A stretch of DNA of 47,742 bases from an uncultured bacterium (GCA_965372715.1 CBDVDH010000026.1:1-47742), one strand, 5' to 3'. Counted from the stretch's first letter, positions 1 through 9,609 are shown. The notes: generated by a model not told the origin, from the sequence alone. Program-made: numbers and translations.

Positions 1-52
1 GCTGGAAAGCCTGCCCCACACCGACGAGAGTCATGCCCTTGAATTATTCGGG
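1..52. mobile_element. Right end of a MITE (family A, same as 40999..41174), cut by the window edge
   Basis: 1..56 matches 41123..41178 at 53/56 positions. It ends in the same TIR TGAATTATTCGGG (40..52), followed by TTAG. Confidence 0.8.
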
Positions 53-81
53 TTAGGGGCGCCAGGCTTGACGGAGCTCCC

Positions 82-234
82 TTTGGAGTGCGGCGGCATG
101 AAGCCGCTTTCGTTGGCGGTGACCTGGCGCCGCCCTAAGACGGACCGCCTTTTCGACCTTGGAGGTGGCGATCCGGAGAGCGGGCCATCATCAATCAGAG
201 CCTGTGCCGCGTGAGGTCGCGGCGAGTGAAAGCG
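82..234. repeat. Degenerate, truncated copy of the GGAGTGCGG-type REPIN seen intact at 3371..3547
   Basis: TTTGGAGTGCGGCGGCATGAAGCCGCTTTCGTTGG...CGACCTTG.AGG.GGCGAT...CGCGGCGAGT.AAAGCG is collinear with 3372..3523. Confidence 0.75.
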
Positions 235-1259
235 CCCGCCACGCGGCGGCTGATTTCCCTGCTGGGGATGCAGCTTGCGCACATTCGATGGCCCCGGTCG
301 CGGAGCCTCCGGCGCTTGTCATCCCGAAGGCCGCTCTTTGTCCAGACAGATCGCCAGCCGTCGGTGACGAGGTTGCCGTAGGGCTCAACGTTCCCGAACG
401 CGAAGAGGCACGGGAAAACGTCGCCGTCGGCCGTCACGTAGATGTTCTCCGACTGTGGGCAAACCTCCTGACACTTCAGAATCGGACGCCCCGCCGAATC
501 GAGCTCGTAGTTGCAGACCTCGTGCCCGACCGGAAGATCATCGACGTGAATCCTGCGATACGCCTCGTCGTCCCGCTCGGTATCAACCCTCATCGGCTTG
601 ACGTAGGCCGAATCACAGCCTATCCGTTCGACAATCCGTCTGAACGCATCGATCTGCTTCACACTGGTCTTGGTCGCGATCAGCTGGACCTCGACCAACG
701 GGAAATGCCGCTTGCGTTCACGCCTTGCCGAACATATCGCGGCGATGTTTGAGATCGTCCTTTCAAACTTGGCCCCCACCTGTTTCGCCTCGTATTCCTC
801 CCGCTCGGCCGAGATGAGCGTCGTAACGATTCGATGAGGCGCAAGGTCGATCAGCTCGTCGATTATTGCCTGGCCCAGCGTGGCGAGGTTTGAGTTGAGC
901 GTAACAACCAGGCTCCTCTTGCGCGCCTCATCTATCATTTTTAGAATGTCGGGATTGCTGAGTGGCTCGCCGGTCCGAACGAACGTTACGGCGGTGACGC
1001 GGCGGCTCGCGTGTCTCATTACGGATGCGAAATCATCGGCCAGCATGAACTTGCGTTTTCTGTTCGATAGACCGAACACGTCCTCGCACCAGGGGCAGCT
1101 GAGGTTGCACTTGGTGGATGCCTCGACCAGAAGACATCGCGGCCAGCCAGCTATTCGCCGGGCCGCCTCCTTCGCCGCAAGCGCGAGCAGCCACGAGGCC
1201 CTCGACGCTCGCAGAATCTGTACCAAAGTCCTGAACCGCCTGGGAGATACGATCGCCAT
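195..1259 (-). CDS. Radical SAM protein with C-terminal SPASM/twitch domain
   Basis: CNLSCPWC (CxxxCxxC) and GEPL motifs, then C-terminal CPQ...VTADGDVFPC...GNL...CASC. Confidence 0.9.
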   Translation of the reverse strand: MAIVSPRRFRTLVQILRASRASWLLALAAKEAARRIAGWPRCLLVEASTKCNLSCPWCEDVFGLSNRKRKFMLADDFASVMRHASRRVTAVTFVRTGEPLSNPDILKMIDEARKRSLVVTLNSNLATLGQAIIDELIDLAPHRIVTTLISAEREEYEAKQVGAKFERTISNIAAICSARRERKRHFPLVEVQLIATKTSVKQIDAFRRIVERIGCDSAYVKPMRVDTERDDEAYRRIHVDDLPVGHEVCNYELDSAGRPILKCQEVCPQSENIYVTADGDVFPCLFAFGNVEPYGNLVTDGWRSVWTKSGLRDDKRRRLRDRGHRMCASCIPSREISRRVAGAFTRRDLTRHRL

Positions 1260-1299
1260 CCCAGCATATTAGCAGATTCGTTGGAATGACTGTGATCTA

Positions 1300-1323
1300 T
1301 GTGCGCAGGCTTTCCAGCCTGCC
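1300..1323 (+). repeat. REP half-site, GGCTTTCCAGCC family
   Basis: TGTGCGCAGGCTTTCCAGCCTGCC, related to 15896..15920 and 41033..41057. Confidence 0.7.
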
Positions 1324-1502
1324 GCACTAGGGCTGCCGGGTGATGGGCCCGCGGACGCCAGGGCCGAGGACGCGCCTACGCGATATCGAGCTCCGCGACC
1401 GCGCCAGTCGTGCTGTTCTCCAATATCAGCTTGGCGTCAAGCCCCGTTCGTGCATGCGCTGTCTGCAGTGGGGATGCAGACGTATCACACGCTTCGCTGG
1501 GG

Positions 1503-3221
1503 TCACTTGCTTGCCTTCCTGGCGATGAAGTCGCCGATGACGAGGTAGTCGATATGCGTGCTGACGAAGCATTGGATGGCGTCCTCAGGGGTGCAGACTA
1601 TCGGCTCGCCGCGGACATTGAACGATGTGTTCACAACGACGGGCACGCCGGTCAGCTTCTCAAACTCGTCGATCAGCTTGTAGTAGCGAGGGTTCACCTC
1701 CTGGGAGACGGTCTGGACGCGGCCCGTGCCGTCAACGTGGGCGGTCGCGGGGATAACGCTCAGTTTCTCTTTCCGGATGCGATAGACCTTGAGCATGAAT
1801 GGCGCCGGGTCGTCCGACTCGAAGTACTCGCTGAGCCTCTCTTCCTTGATTGACGGGGCGAACGGACGGAAAGGCTCGCGGTGCTTGACCTTCTCGTTGA
1901 GGATGTCCTTCATCTCGGCCTTTCGAGGGTCGGCCAGAATCGATCTATTGCCAAGCGCCCTGGGGCCGAATTCCATCCGGCCCTGGAACCAGCCAACTAT
2001 GTTGCCATCGACTATGAGTTTGGCCGTCTCGCTCTCCACCGCCTGGGACCTGCGGTAGTTCAGGCCCGACTTCGCAAGCGCCGCCTGGACCTGCTCATCC
2101 GTGAACGACGGCCCACCATAAGCGTTATTGAGCGGAACTCTCCGCGGATTCTCAGCGTGGGTGTGATAGAGATACATCGCCGCGCCCAGCGAGGAGCCCG
2201 CGTCGTTGGCCGCAGGCTGGATAAAGATGTTCTCGAAAGGCGTCTTGTCCAGTATCTTCCCGTTGGCCACGCTGTTTAAGACCATCCCGCCTGCGAGGCA
2301 CAGGTTGGGGCACTTTGTCCGCTCGTAGAGGACGTTGAGCATTCTGAAATAGTGCTTCTCAAGGGACTGCTGGAGGCTCGCCGCAACGTCCTCATAGACC
2401 TGCTCCATCTTGCTCTCACGCTTCCGGACCGGAGCAGTCTCGCGGATGAACCTGTCGGAGACCGTTTTCAAGAGGCCGTAGCGCTGATAGCCAAGATAGC
2501 TGAAATCGAACTTGTATTGCCCGTTGCTCGTTGGCAGCACGATCCTATCGAATAGGTCTTCATACCTCGGCTCGCCGAACGAGGCGAGCGCCATCACCTT
2601 GCCCTCCCCGTTGCATATCCTGAAGCCAAGATACTCCGTTACAGCACCATAAAGCTGGCCGAGCGACACGGGGAACTTGACCGTCTCGAGCCGGTGAATC
2701 TTGCCGCCCCGGCCGTGAGCCATCAGCGTGCTGTTATCCTCAGCATAACCATCCGCCACAAATATCGCCGCCTCGTCAAACGGCGAGACGAGGTAGCAGC
2801 TAGCGGCGTGCGCCGTGTGATGATCGACAAAATGAAACCGGGGGACCGGCGTCGTCGCGCTGCCGTCAAACAGGGAAAACAGAGCCTTCTTGGCAAAGAG
2901 CATCGAGGTGATCCGCTTCATGAACGGATTGATCGCAGCTTTACTCTTGAACAGAGACAGTGAATATGGCAGAAACCGGAAAAACGGAACCCATTTATAC
3001 AGAATCTCCTTGTGTGGGTTCCAGAAGAAGCCCACTTGGGCAACGTCGGCAAGCTTGATCCCAGCGAAATCCAGACAGAATCGGACAGCGTTCTCCGGGA
3101 ACTCGAACGTGTGCTTCTTGCGGGTGAAGCGCTCTTCCTCGGCAAATGCCAGCACCTCGCCGTCCTTGACGATACAAGCCGCAGAATCGTGCAAGTAAGC
3201 GTTAAAGCCTAAGACATACAT
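1503..3221 (-). CDS. O-carbamoyltransferase, NodU/CmcH/TobZ family
   Basis: HDSAAC, EEERFTRKKH, HHTAHAAS, EGKVMALA, GRMEFGPRALGNRSIL, RPFAP and NTSFN motifs. Confidence 0.95.
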   Translation of the reverse strand: MYVLGFNAYLHDSAACIVKDGEVLAFAEEERFTRKKHTFEFPENAVRFCLDFAGIKLADVAQVGFFWNPHKEILYKWVPFFRFLPYSLSLFKSKAAINPFMKRITSMLFAKKALFSLFDGSATTPVPRFHFVDHHTAHAASCYLVSPFDEAAIFVADGYAEDNSTLMAHGRGGKIHRLETVKFPVSLGQLYGAVTEYLGFRICNGEGKVMALASFGEPRYEDLFDRIVLPTSNGQYKFDFSYLGYQRYGLLKTVSDRFIRETAPVRKRESKMEQVYEDVAASLQQSLEKHYFRMLNVLYERTKCPNLCLAGGMVLNSVANGKILDKTPFENIFIQPAANDAGSSLGAAMYLYHTHAENPRRVPLNNAYGGPSFTDEQVQAALAKSGLNYRRSQAVESETAKLIVDGNIVGWFQGRMEFGPRALGNRSILADPRKAEMKDILNEKVKHREPFRPFAPSIKEERLSEYFESDDPAPFMLKVYRIRKEKLSVIPATAHVDGTGRVQTVSQEVNPRYYKLIDEFEKLTGVPVVVNTSFNVRGEPIVCTPEDAIQCFVSTHIDYLVIGDFIARKASK

Positions 3222-3290
3222 ATAACTTCAGGACTCCCTTCAGGCCCATTGCGCCTGCGACTCTTCCGCGCGCCCGGGCAACGGCCAGAC

Positions 3291-3320
3291 ACTATATTCG
3301 AATAGTAGGCAACAAGGCAA
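3291..3320 (-). promoter_or_regulatory. Putative sigma70 promoter of the carbamoyltransferase gene
   Basis: Minus strand TTGCCT-18 nt-TATAGT, about 70 nt upstream of the start. Confidence 0.5.
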
Positions 3321-3334
3321 GCGGCTCGTCAGGT

Positions 3335-3658
3335 CCCGAATGATCAGATTGACTCAGCCGTGCGGCAACCTTTTGGAGTGCGGCGGCTTGACGCCGCTTT
3401 CGTTGGTGGTGGCTTGACACCACCTCTGACAGATTGCGCTTTCGACCTTGCAGGCGGCGATTTGGAGAACAGGACGTTCTCGATCAGGGCTAACGCCGCG
3501 TCAAGCCGCGGCGAGTCAAAGCGGCGTCAAGCCGCCGCACTCCAAAATCACCCAATGGGCGCAACTCACACCTCGACCCCGTCGCACTCATCACCTCTTG
3601 GCAGCGTAAAAACGTGTCCGCCCCACCATGTCCCTTGCCGTCAATCTGATTATTGGTG
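3335..3658. mobile_element. MITE family B (324 bp, non-coding) with 19-bp TIRs and a 5-bp target duplication
   Basis: Left CCCGAATGATCAGATTGAC (3335..3353) and right GTCAATCTGATTATTGGTG (3640..3658) are 16/19 inverted. CAGGT lies on both sides (3330..3334, 3659..3663). Confidence 0.75.
3371..3547. repeat. REPIN with perfect 30-bp inverted arms inside MITE B
   Basis: TTTTGGAGTGCGGCGGCTTGACGCCGCTTT (3371..3400) and AAAGCGGCGTCAAGCCGCCGCACTCCAAAA (3518..3547), plus internal GCTTGAC/GTCAAGC sub-repeats. Confidence 0.9.
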
Positions 3659-3727
3659 CAGGTCCCGAATGATTAGATTGAGACCGGGTGAAGAGGTGGT
3701 TTGAGACGCTATCCGTGACTGGTGGGC

Positions 3728-5158
3728 CTACTTCTTGGAGACCAACAGCCAGATGTTCTCGGCGATGATCCTGCTCTCACGCACGGGTTGTTTGAAGAAC
3801 CATTTAACTCGCTTCAGCAGGTATCGCGGCCTGAAATAGAACCGGTTGTAGGCTCGCCTAAAGAGCCGTTCAAGCTCGTCCTCCGATAGCACATCGTGTT
3901 TCATCAGCGCGAATCCCTGATGAAGGTACTCGTCCCATACGGTGTGAAGTATGCGCCCCTCTCTTAGGGCATCCTCATAGACGGGGCTGCCGGGGTAAGG
4001 CTTCAGAAGCGCGAACGTCACCACGTCAGGCGATATCTTACAGGCAAATTCTATTGTCTTCTCGATATCCTCGACCGTCTCCCCTGGAATACCTATCATG
4101 AAGCTGGCATTGCTCTCGATGCCAACCTCCCGGGAAATCTCCATCGCGTTTTCCGACTGCTCAAGCGTTATCCTCTTGTTTATCGCCTTGAGCGCTTTTT
4201 CGGTGCCAGCCTCGGGGCCCCACTTGATCTGAAAGCAACCGGCCCTTCTCATCGCTTTGACCATCTCAAGATCGCAGGTATCTACCCGAGCGCTGGCGTT
4301 CCAGCTGAGGTTCAGACCTTTGGAAGCTAGAAGTTCGCAGAACTGGAGCACCCACTCTTTCTTGACGGTCATCGTATCGTCGATCATCTTGAAATTGCGG
4401 ATGCCCAGCGTCTTCTTGCAGTACTCGATCTCCTCGACAACTCGCCCAGGCGACATGAAGCGCAGCGAGTCCCGGCCATAAACGCCTTTGGAGCAGTTGG
4501 TGCAGTTGTATGGACAGCCGCGGCTGGCCTGAGCGGCCGTCGTCGGGAGCCTGTAGTAGTTAGAGGCGGAGCCTATGTACTTGCTGTGCTCCAGCTTCTC
4601 TCGAGCAGGGAAGGGAAGAGTATCCAGGTCCTTTATCTGCGGCCTTTTGCGGTTGACCTTGACGGAACCATCGGCCCGCAGAGCCAGGCCAGGCTCGTCT
4701 TTCGGGTCCGAGCCTTCCAGCACGTGCCTCACCAGCTCCAAGAACGTAATCTCGCCCTCGCCCAGAACCACGTAATCGAACAGGGCGAACCGATTCAGCG
4801 TATCCTGAGGAAGCGCAGAAGGATGTATCCCTCCAACAACGGTGACGACCGACGGGTCCATCTCCTTTACCTGGCTTGCGGCTTTGTGGGCGTTGTAGAT
4901 CAGAGGCGTCATGGCAGTAATGCCAACGACCTTGGGCTTGAGCCGCACAAAAACCTGTCTCAAGAGCCGATATGGCTCACTGTGCAGATTCAGGTCGAGT
5001 ATTTCAGTTCTTATCCCGTGCTTCTCTAGATAGGCGGCAAGCGCTGCAACACAAAGTGGGACCTCAAACCCGTACGGAAGGTTCAGCTGGCGCGCCTGAG
5101 CCATCAACGGGTAAACGAGCATAACGTCAATAGGCCCGCTGCAATCTAGAATCGACAA
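3728..5158 (-). CDS. Cobalamin (B12)-binding radical SAM protein
   Basis: N-terminal B12-binding domain (VVGIT, VVGGIHPS, GEGE) followed by SRGCPYNCTNC. TTG start with GGAGG RBS. Confidence 0.93.
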   Translation of the reverse strand: MSILDCSGPIDVMLVYPLMAQARQLNLPYGFEVPLCVAALAAYLEKHGIRTEILDLNLHSEPYRLLRQVFVRLKPKVVGITAMTPLIYNAHKAASQVKEMDPSVVTVVGGIHPSALPQDTLNRFALFDYVVLGEGEITFLELVRHVLEGSDPKDEPGLALRADGSVKVNRKRPQIKDLDTLPFPAREKLEHSKYIGSASNYYRLPTTAAQASRGCPYNCTNCSKGVYGRDSLRFMSPGRVVEEIEYCKKTLGIRNFKMIDDTMTVKKEWVLQFCELLASKGLNLSWNASARVDTCDLEMVKAMRRAGCFQIKWGPEAGTEKALKAINKRITLEQSENAMEISREVGIESNASFMIGIPGETVEDIEKTIEFACKISPDVVTFALLKPYPGSPVYEDALREGRILHTVWDEYLHQGFALMKHDVLSEDELERLFRRAYNRFYFRPRYLLKRVKWFFKQPVRESRIIAENIWLLVSKK

Positions 5159-5505
5159 ACCTTCCCTCCTTTTTCAAGCACCAGCTGGCGCATTATATCG
5201 GGAGGGAGAACATAAGCCAGAAACGCTGCGACTTCAACCCTGGTGAGTGCAGGGGTCTCGTGATTTGGGCTATACACTTCGACCTCGTAACGCCTATGAA
5301 TAGTGCTGAATGGCTAGCGGACCAAATGTCATGCGTTTTCTCGACGAATGCCTTAATCGTCCAGAGGCGCAAGCCTAGCGGCAGAGGGATACAGCCGGTG
5401 GCGAGTCGCTTTGACCGCTTCGGTGGCCTGCGCGATCAACCACCGCCCAGGCTCCGCGAGCTTGGAGTGAGATCGCGTTTGACAGACCGAACGCGGCTGT
5501 TTCTT

Positions 5506-6225
5506 TCATTGGGCGGCGAGGTAAACAGAGACGCAGTGCCTTGAGAGGCTTTTTCGCTCCACGACTAGCGAAGGTTTCAATCCGGTTTCTCTGAACTCCT
5601 CAAACTCGAACATGAAAGGCGCCACGGTGCTTGAGAATATCACCTGTACCTTGCCGGTCGGCGTCAGGTGTTGCTTTACGCCAGCCCAAAAGCCCCGTAT
5701 CACCTCACCATTTGACCCTCCCAGATAAGCCTCCTCCCAGGGATTCTTCGGGTCAAAAAAGAAAACCGGCGTGTTGAAGATGATCAGGTCAAACTTCTCC
5801 TCCGGCCGAACACTGTCGAAGAGATCACTCACTCTGCACTCGATTCTTGAATCCAGTTCGTTAAGGAGTGCGTTGACGCCCGCGCACTTCACGGCCATGG
5901 GGTTAATGTCACACGCAAGCACCTGACTGGCCTTGGCCGCCGCGGCAATCGCCTGGATGCCCGAACCGGTCCCCATGTCAAGAACTGTGTCTCCTTCCTC
6001 AATTACAAGGTTGTCCGCTAGGAGCTCCCCGGACCAATGCCTCATCGGATCGAAAACAGTGGGAAGAATGACCAACGGCTTGTCCCGGTAATAGACCACG
6101 TGGATCGATTTCTCATCACGAACGCCCAGCAACCTGGCTAGCGTGACCGCAAGCCGCGTTCTCAGCTGCCGCCGGAAGCGGTCATAGAACCTATTATGAT
6201 CGGGCAGCGGCCCCTCTATTCTCAA
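5506..6225 (-). CDS. Class I SAM-dependent methyltransferase (HemK-related)
   Basis: VLDMGTGSG, CDINP, SDLF and FDLIIFNTP (variant of NPPY) motifs. Confidence 0.88.
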   Translation of the reverse strand: MRIEGPLPDHNRFYDRFRRQLRTRLAVTLARLLGVRDEKSIHVVYYRDKPLVILPTVFDPMRHWSGELLADNLVIEEGDTVLDMGTGSGIQAIAAAAKASQVLACDINPMAVKCAGVNALLNELDSRIECRVSDLFDSVRPEEKFDLIIFNTPVFFFDPKNPWEEAYLGGSNGEVIRGFWAGVKQHLTPTGKVQVIFSSTVAPFMFEFEEFRETGLKPSLVVERKSLSRHCVSVYLAAQ

Positions 6226-6432
6226 GCCCCGCGACTCCTTTTGTCTATCAGGTCACATCATCAACTAGCTGACTGCAACAGCAGCCTCCGCAAATAATAA
6301 CTGAACAAGGGGAAACGACTCAAGCGCAGAAGAGAACGAGAGCAAATCACATAACAACGATACAGGAAATACGGCCGATTGTCAAGATCGACGCGGCGGT
6401 TTTCATTTGCGACGCGATTGTCGGAATTGCCT

Positions 6433-6540
6433 TGTAGGGGCGGTGTCTCAGACCCGCCCGCCTACGTGAATCCCTGCGGATACGAGGCATCTTATGCGAC
6501 CATCAATTCGAAAGGGCGGGTCTGAGACCACGCCCCTACA
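6433..6540. repeat. GTAG-type REPIN (~105 bp)
   Basis: GTAGGGGCGGTGTCTCAGACCCGCCC...GGGCGGGTCTGAGACCACGCCCCTAC inverted pair. Confidence 0.85.
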
Positions 6541-6672
6541 CAACCGCAACGACTTATGACCCAGCCTGGGGGAGCCTGCCGCCACTACGAAGCTCTATCG
6601 CGACTTAGGAGGACCTTTCCCACCCGGGGAGGAGTAGGCAGGGTCAGATTACCGGTTTTCGCGGATTTTCGA

Positions 6673-6701
6673 TTGACATTAATTTGAGGCGAGCACATGC
6701 T
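6673..6701 (+). promoter_or_regulatory. Putative sigma70 promoter
   Basis: TTGACA-17 nt-CATGCT upstream of the 6808 start. Confidence 0.5.
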
Positions 6702-6807
6702 GATAATGGCTGTTGATTCGTGCCCTTTCCCACAGATAGGTCGGTAGTGGAACGTGGAGGACATCTCATTCTGCAAAAACCTCACACATAGTAAAAGGAG
6801 AAGAACA

Positions 6808-8337
6808 ATGAGACCCGCAAGCAAGGTTATCGCGCTAACGACGCTAGCTGTCCTTGCGCAAACGCTCATTCTGGGAATGGCGTCGGCGCAAACGGTGCAC
6901 ACGTTTTGCCCGCAGTTTCGGTATGACTCCCAGCATACTGGGTTCTCCGCCCAGGTGGGGCCGTCCGAGCTTCGAGTCGCCATCGAGCTGGACATTCCGC
7001 CAGCGGGGAGTTTCTTGAAGGGCTTTTTTGGGACGCCCTCGATGGATGCTAGTGGCAATCTCTACGTCGGCTCGATGGACACTTATTTCTACTCCATCAG
7101 CCCTCTCGGTGTCCTGAGATGGTCATTTCCAACCTCCGGTATCGTGGGAACCGGCGGCTCACCGGTCATAACGACTGACGGGCGCGTCATCTTTGGGAAC
7201 GACAACGGCGATCTCTACTGCGTCGGTTTGGATGGCTACTTCAAATGGAGCTATTCAACGGGCGCCGGTAACGCTTTTGCGATTTTCAATGGCCCGGCGT
7301 CGAGCTTTGACGGCAACATCTACTTCGGCGACTACGCGGGCACGCTCTACTCGCTGCGTCAGGCGGACGGGGCGCCGAACTGGTCGATTCAGCTGACTTC
7401 CGCGTCAGTCTATACCTCATCCGTAACCATCGACAACGAGCTTCTCTACGTCGGCGCGACCGATGGCTACCTGTATGCCGTCACAAAAAGTGGGGCGCCG
7501 AGATGGTCATACAATGCGGGAGGCGAGATACACGCAACGCCCGTGCTGACCGACGGAGGGCTCATCCTTTTTGGTTCCACCAACGGCGTCTTCACGTGCG
7601 TGGACAGGCAGGGCGTCTTCCAGTGGTCGGATGCGTTCCCGGCGGCGGTTACGGCGTCCGCGGCTTATGCTGGCGCAGACAGCGTCGTTGTGGGCGATGA
7701 GGGCGGTAACATTCGGAAGTTCTACACGGACGGCGGCGTGGTCTGGTCTGGACAGCTTGTGGGAGCCATCAAAGCATCCCCCGTGATCGACAGCGACGGC
7801 AAGATATACGTCTATTCCGAGCCGGGCAACATCTACGTCATGGGGCCGGACGGCTACGTTCTCGATTGGACAACTCGTGACGGCTATTGGAAGGCCGGCG
7901 CATCGCCAGTGGTCGGCCCCGACGGGACGCTCTACATTTGCACCGCGAAGGATGAGGCGCAGGTTCTGGGCTTCCGCGACCCCGGGGGCACTGGCCTGCC
8001 ATCGATTGTCGGTTTCGTGGAGGACGACGACGTCACCATCGGTGAATCGCTGCGATATTCGGTAACGTTCTCGAACCCAGCGAGGCGCCTCGCCATCGAT
8101 TTCTATGTCGCCGTCAGTTTCGGTGACGCTCTCCTGTTCTATCCGGGTTGGGTAACTGACTGGGTTTACACTAGACTGACGCTGGACGGCGGCGCATCCG
8201 GCACGGTAACGTTGATCGATATGCCGATCGTGGACGGGTCCCTGGCGGGAGCCTACACGTTCTATGCCGCGGCGATGGTTCCTGGCACGCTGATCAACTT
8301 CACGGATACGTCGGCTGTCAGCGTGGCTGTTCATTAG
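6808..8337 (+). CDS. Secreted PQQ-like (BamB-type) beta-propeller protein with ~100-aa C-terminal beta-rich domain
   Basis: AGGAG RBS, signal peptide MRPASKVIAL...ASA, and repeated (Y/F)xGxxDGxLYA...W blade motifs. Confidence 0.85.
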   Translation: MRPASKVIALTTLAVLAQTLILGMASAQTVHTFCPQFRYDSQHTGFSAQVGPSELRVAIELDIPPAGSFLKGFFGTPSMDASGNLYVGSMDTYFYSISPLGVLRWSFPTSGIVGTGGSPVITTDGRVIFGNDNGDLYCVGLDGYFKWSYSTGAGNAFAIFNGPASSFDGNIYFGDYAGTLYSLRQADGAPNWSIQLTSASVYTSSVTIDNELLYVGATDGYLYAVTKSGAPRWSYNAGGEIHATPVLTDGGLILFGSTNGVFTCVDRQGVFQWSDAFPAAVTASAAYAGADSVVVGDEGGNIRKFYTDGGVVWSGQLVGAIKASPVIDSDGKIYVYSEPGNIYVMGPDGYVLDWTTRDGYWKAGASPVVGPDGTLYICTAKDEAQVLGFRDPGGTGLPSIVGFVEDDDVTIGESLRYSVTFSNPARRLAIDFYVAVSFGDALLFYPGWVTDWVYTRLTLDGGASGTVTLIDMPIVDGSLAGAYTFYAAAMVPGTLINFTDTSAVSVAVH

Positions 8338-8378
8338 CGGCGGCAGAGTCCGAGGCTGGTCGTAGTCTATTGCAGTTT

Positions 8379-8484
8379 TGTAGGGGCGCGGGCTCAGCCC
8401 CGCCCGTTCCGATTGATCGCCGCACGAATCCCTCGTATCCACGATGATTTATGTAGGCGGGCGGGTCACAGACCCTCCCCTACA
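8379..8484. repeat. GTAG-type REPIN, inverted relative to 6433..6540
   Basis: GTAGGGGCGCGGGCTCAGCCCCGCCC...GTAGGCGGGCGGGTCACAGACCCTCCCCTAC. Spacer CCTCGTATCC is the reverse complement of GGATACGAGG in the 6433 copy. Confidence 0.8.
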
Positions 8485-8523
8485 CGGCTTTTCGGACAAT
8501 TGTGTGGCAATTGGGAGAGGCAC

Positions 8524-9558
8524 ATGAAGCGAGGTGATTTCGAGTACGATCTGCCCGACGCGAGAATCGCGCAGGTCCCGCTGTCGGATCGGGCAGCGGC
8601 GAAACTGTTGGTGCTTGACAGGTCAACTGGGCGAATTACTCACACACGCTTCGCTGCACTTCACAAGTTCCTTCGCGCGGGCGATCTCTTGGTTCTGAAC
8701 GACACGCGAGTCACGAAATGCCGTCTTGTGGGCCGACGAGCGCCGGGCGGTGGCAAGGTCGAGCTCTTTCTGCTCAGGCGCCTCGAGGACGGCGTCTATG
8801 AGGCGCTGGGCCGGGCCTCGCGTCCGCTCCGACCGGGTAGCAGGCTTCTGTTCGGCGATGGTCTTCTGCGCGCCCTGGTCCTGAAAAAGCATGGACGTAA
8901 GCTCGTCGTCTCGCTAACGGCGAATGGCAAAAGCGTTGACGAGGCGCTTGAGCAGGTTGCTGAGCTCCCACTGCCACCATACATCAAGCGGCCCCACGGC
9001 CCGGACGAGGCGGATGAGGTTCTCTATCAGACGGTTTATTCCGAAAGTCCCGGCGCTGTGGCGGCGCCGACGGCGGGGCTGCACTTTGCGACCGAGTACC
9101 TAGAGGAGCTGCGCAGCCGTGGTATTGAGCTCGCACACATAACGGTTCACACGGGCCTCGGTTCCTTCATGCCCATCCGAACCGAGCACATCGAGGACCA
9201 CGAGGTTCCGCCCGAGGAGTTCCGCCTTGCCAAAGTGGGCGCCGATGCGATCAATCTGGCTAAGGAGCTGGGCCGGCGCGTTATCGCTGTTGGCACGAGC
9301 TGCGTCCGTGCGCTTGAGACGCTTGAGGACGGACATCGCGTCAAGCCCGGCAGCGGCGAGACGGACCTCTACATAACTCCGGGCCACGAGTTCAGGATAG
9401 TTGACGCGATGATCACGAACTTCCACCAGCCCTGCTCACCCCTGATCGTCCTTGTGAGCGCGTTCGCCGGTCGGGAAGGCATCTTGAAGGCCTATCACGA
9501 GGCGCTTGAGAGGGATTATCGCTTCTTGAGTTTCGGCGACGCGATGTTGATAACGTAG
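8524..9558 (+). CDS. queA: S-adenosylmethionine:tRNA ribosyltransferase-isomerase
   Basis: FEYDLP..IAQ.P, LVLNDTRV, PLPPYIKR, YQTVY, AAPTAGLHF and YRFLSFGDAMLI motifs. Confidence 0.97.
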   Translation: MKRGDFEYDLPDARIAQVPLSDRAAAKLLVLDRSTGRITHTRFAALHKFLRAGDLLVLNDTRVTKCRLVGRRAPGGGKVELFLLRRLEDGVYEALGRASRPLRPGSRLLFGDGLLRALVLKKHGRKLVVSLTANGKSVDEALEQVAELPLPPYIKRPHGPDEADEVLYQTVYSESPGAVAAPTAGLHFATEYLEELRSRGIELAHITVHTGLGSFMPIRTEHIEDHEVPPEEFRLAKVGADAINLAKELGRRVIAVGTSCVRALETLEDGHRVKPGSGETDLYITPGHEFRIVDAMITNFHQPCSPLIVLVSAFAGREGILKAYHEALERDYRFLSFGDAMLIT

Positions 9559-9609
9559 TTGGCAGTTGGCAGTTGACGGTTAGCAGTTGATGGTTAGGAG
9601 GTGAATAGG

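Noticed and set aside
5252-5500. Possible tmRNA (GGGG...TTCGAC start)
   Set aside because: No tRNA-like 3' end (T loop plus CCA) and no tag-peptide frame were found.
1260-6750. RiPP precursor peptide for the radical SAM enzymes
   Set aside because: Small intergenic ORFs are repeat-derived or lack an RBS, and no PqqD/RRE domain, peptidase or exporter is present.
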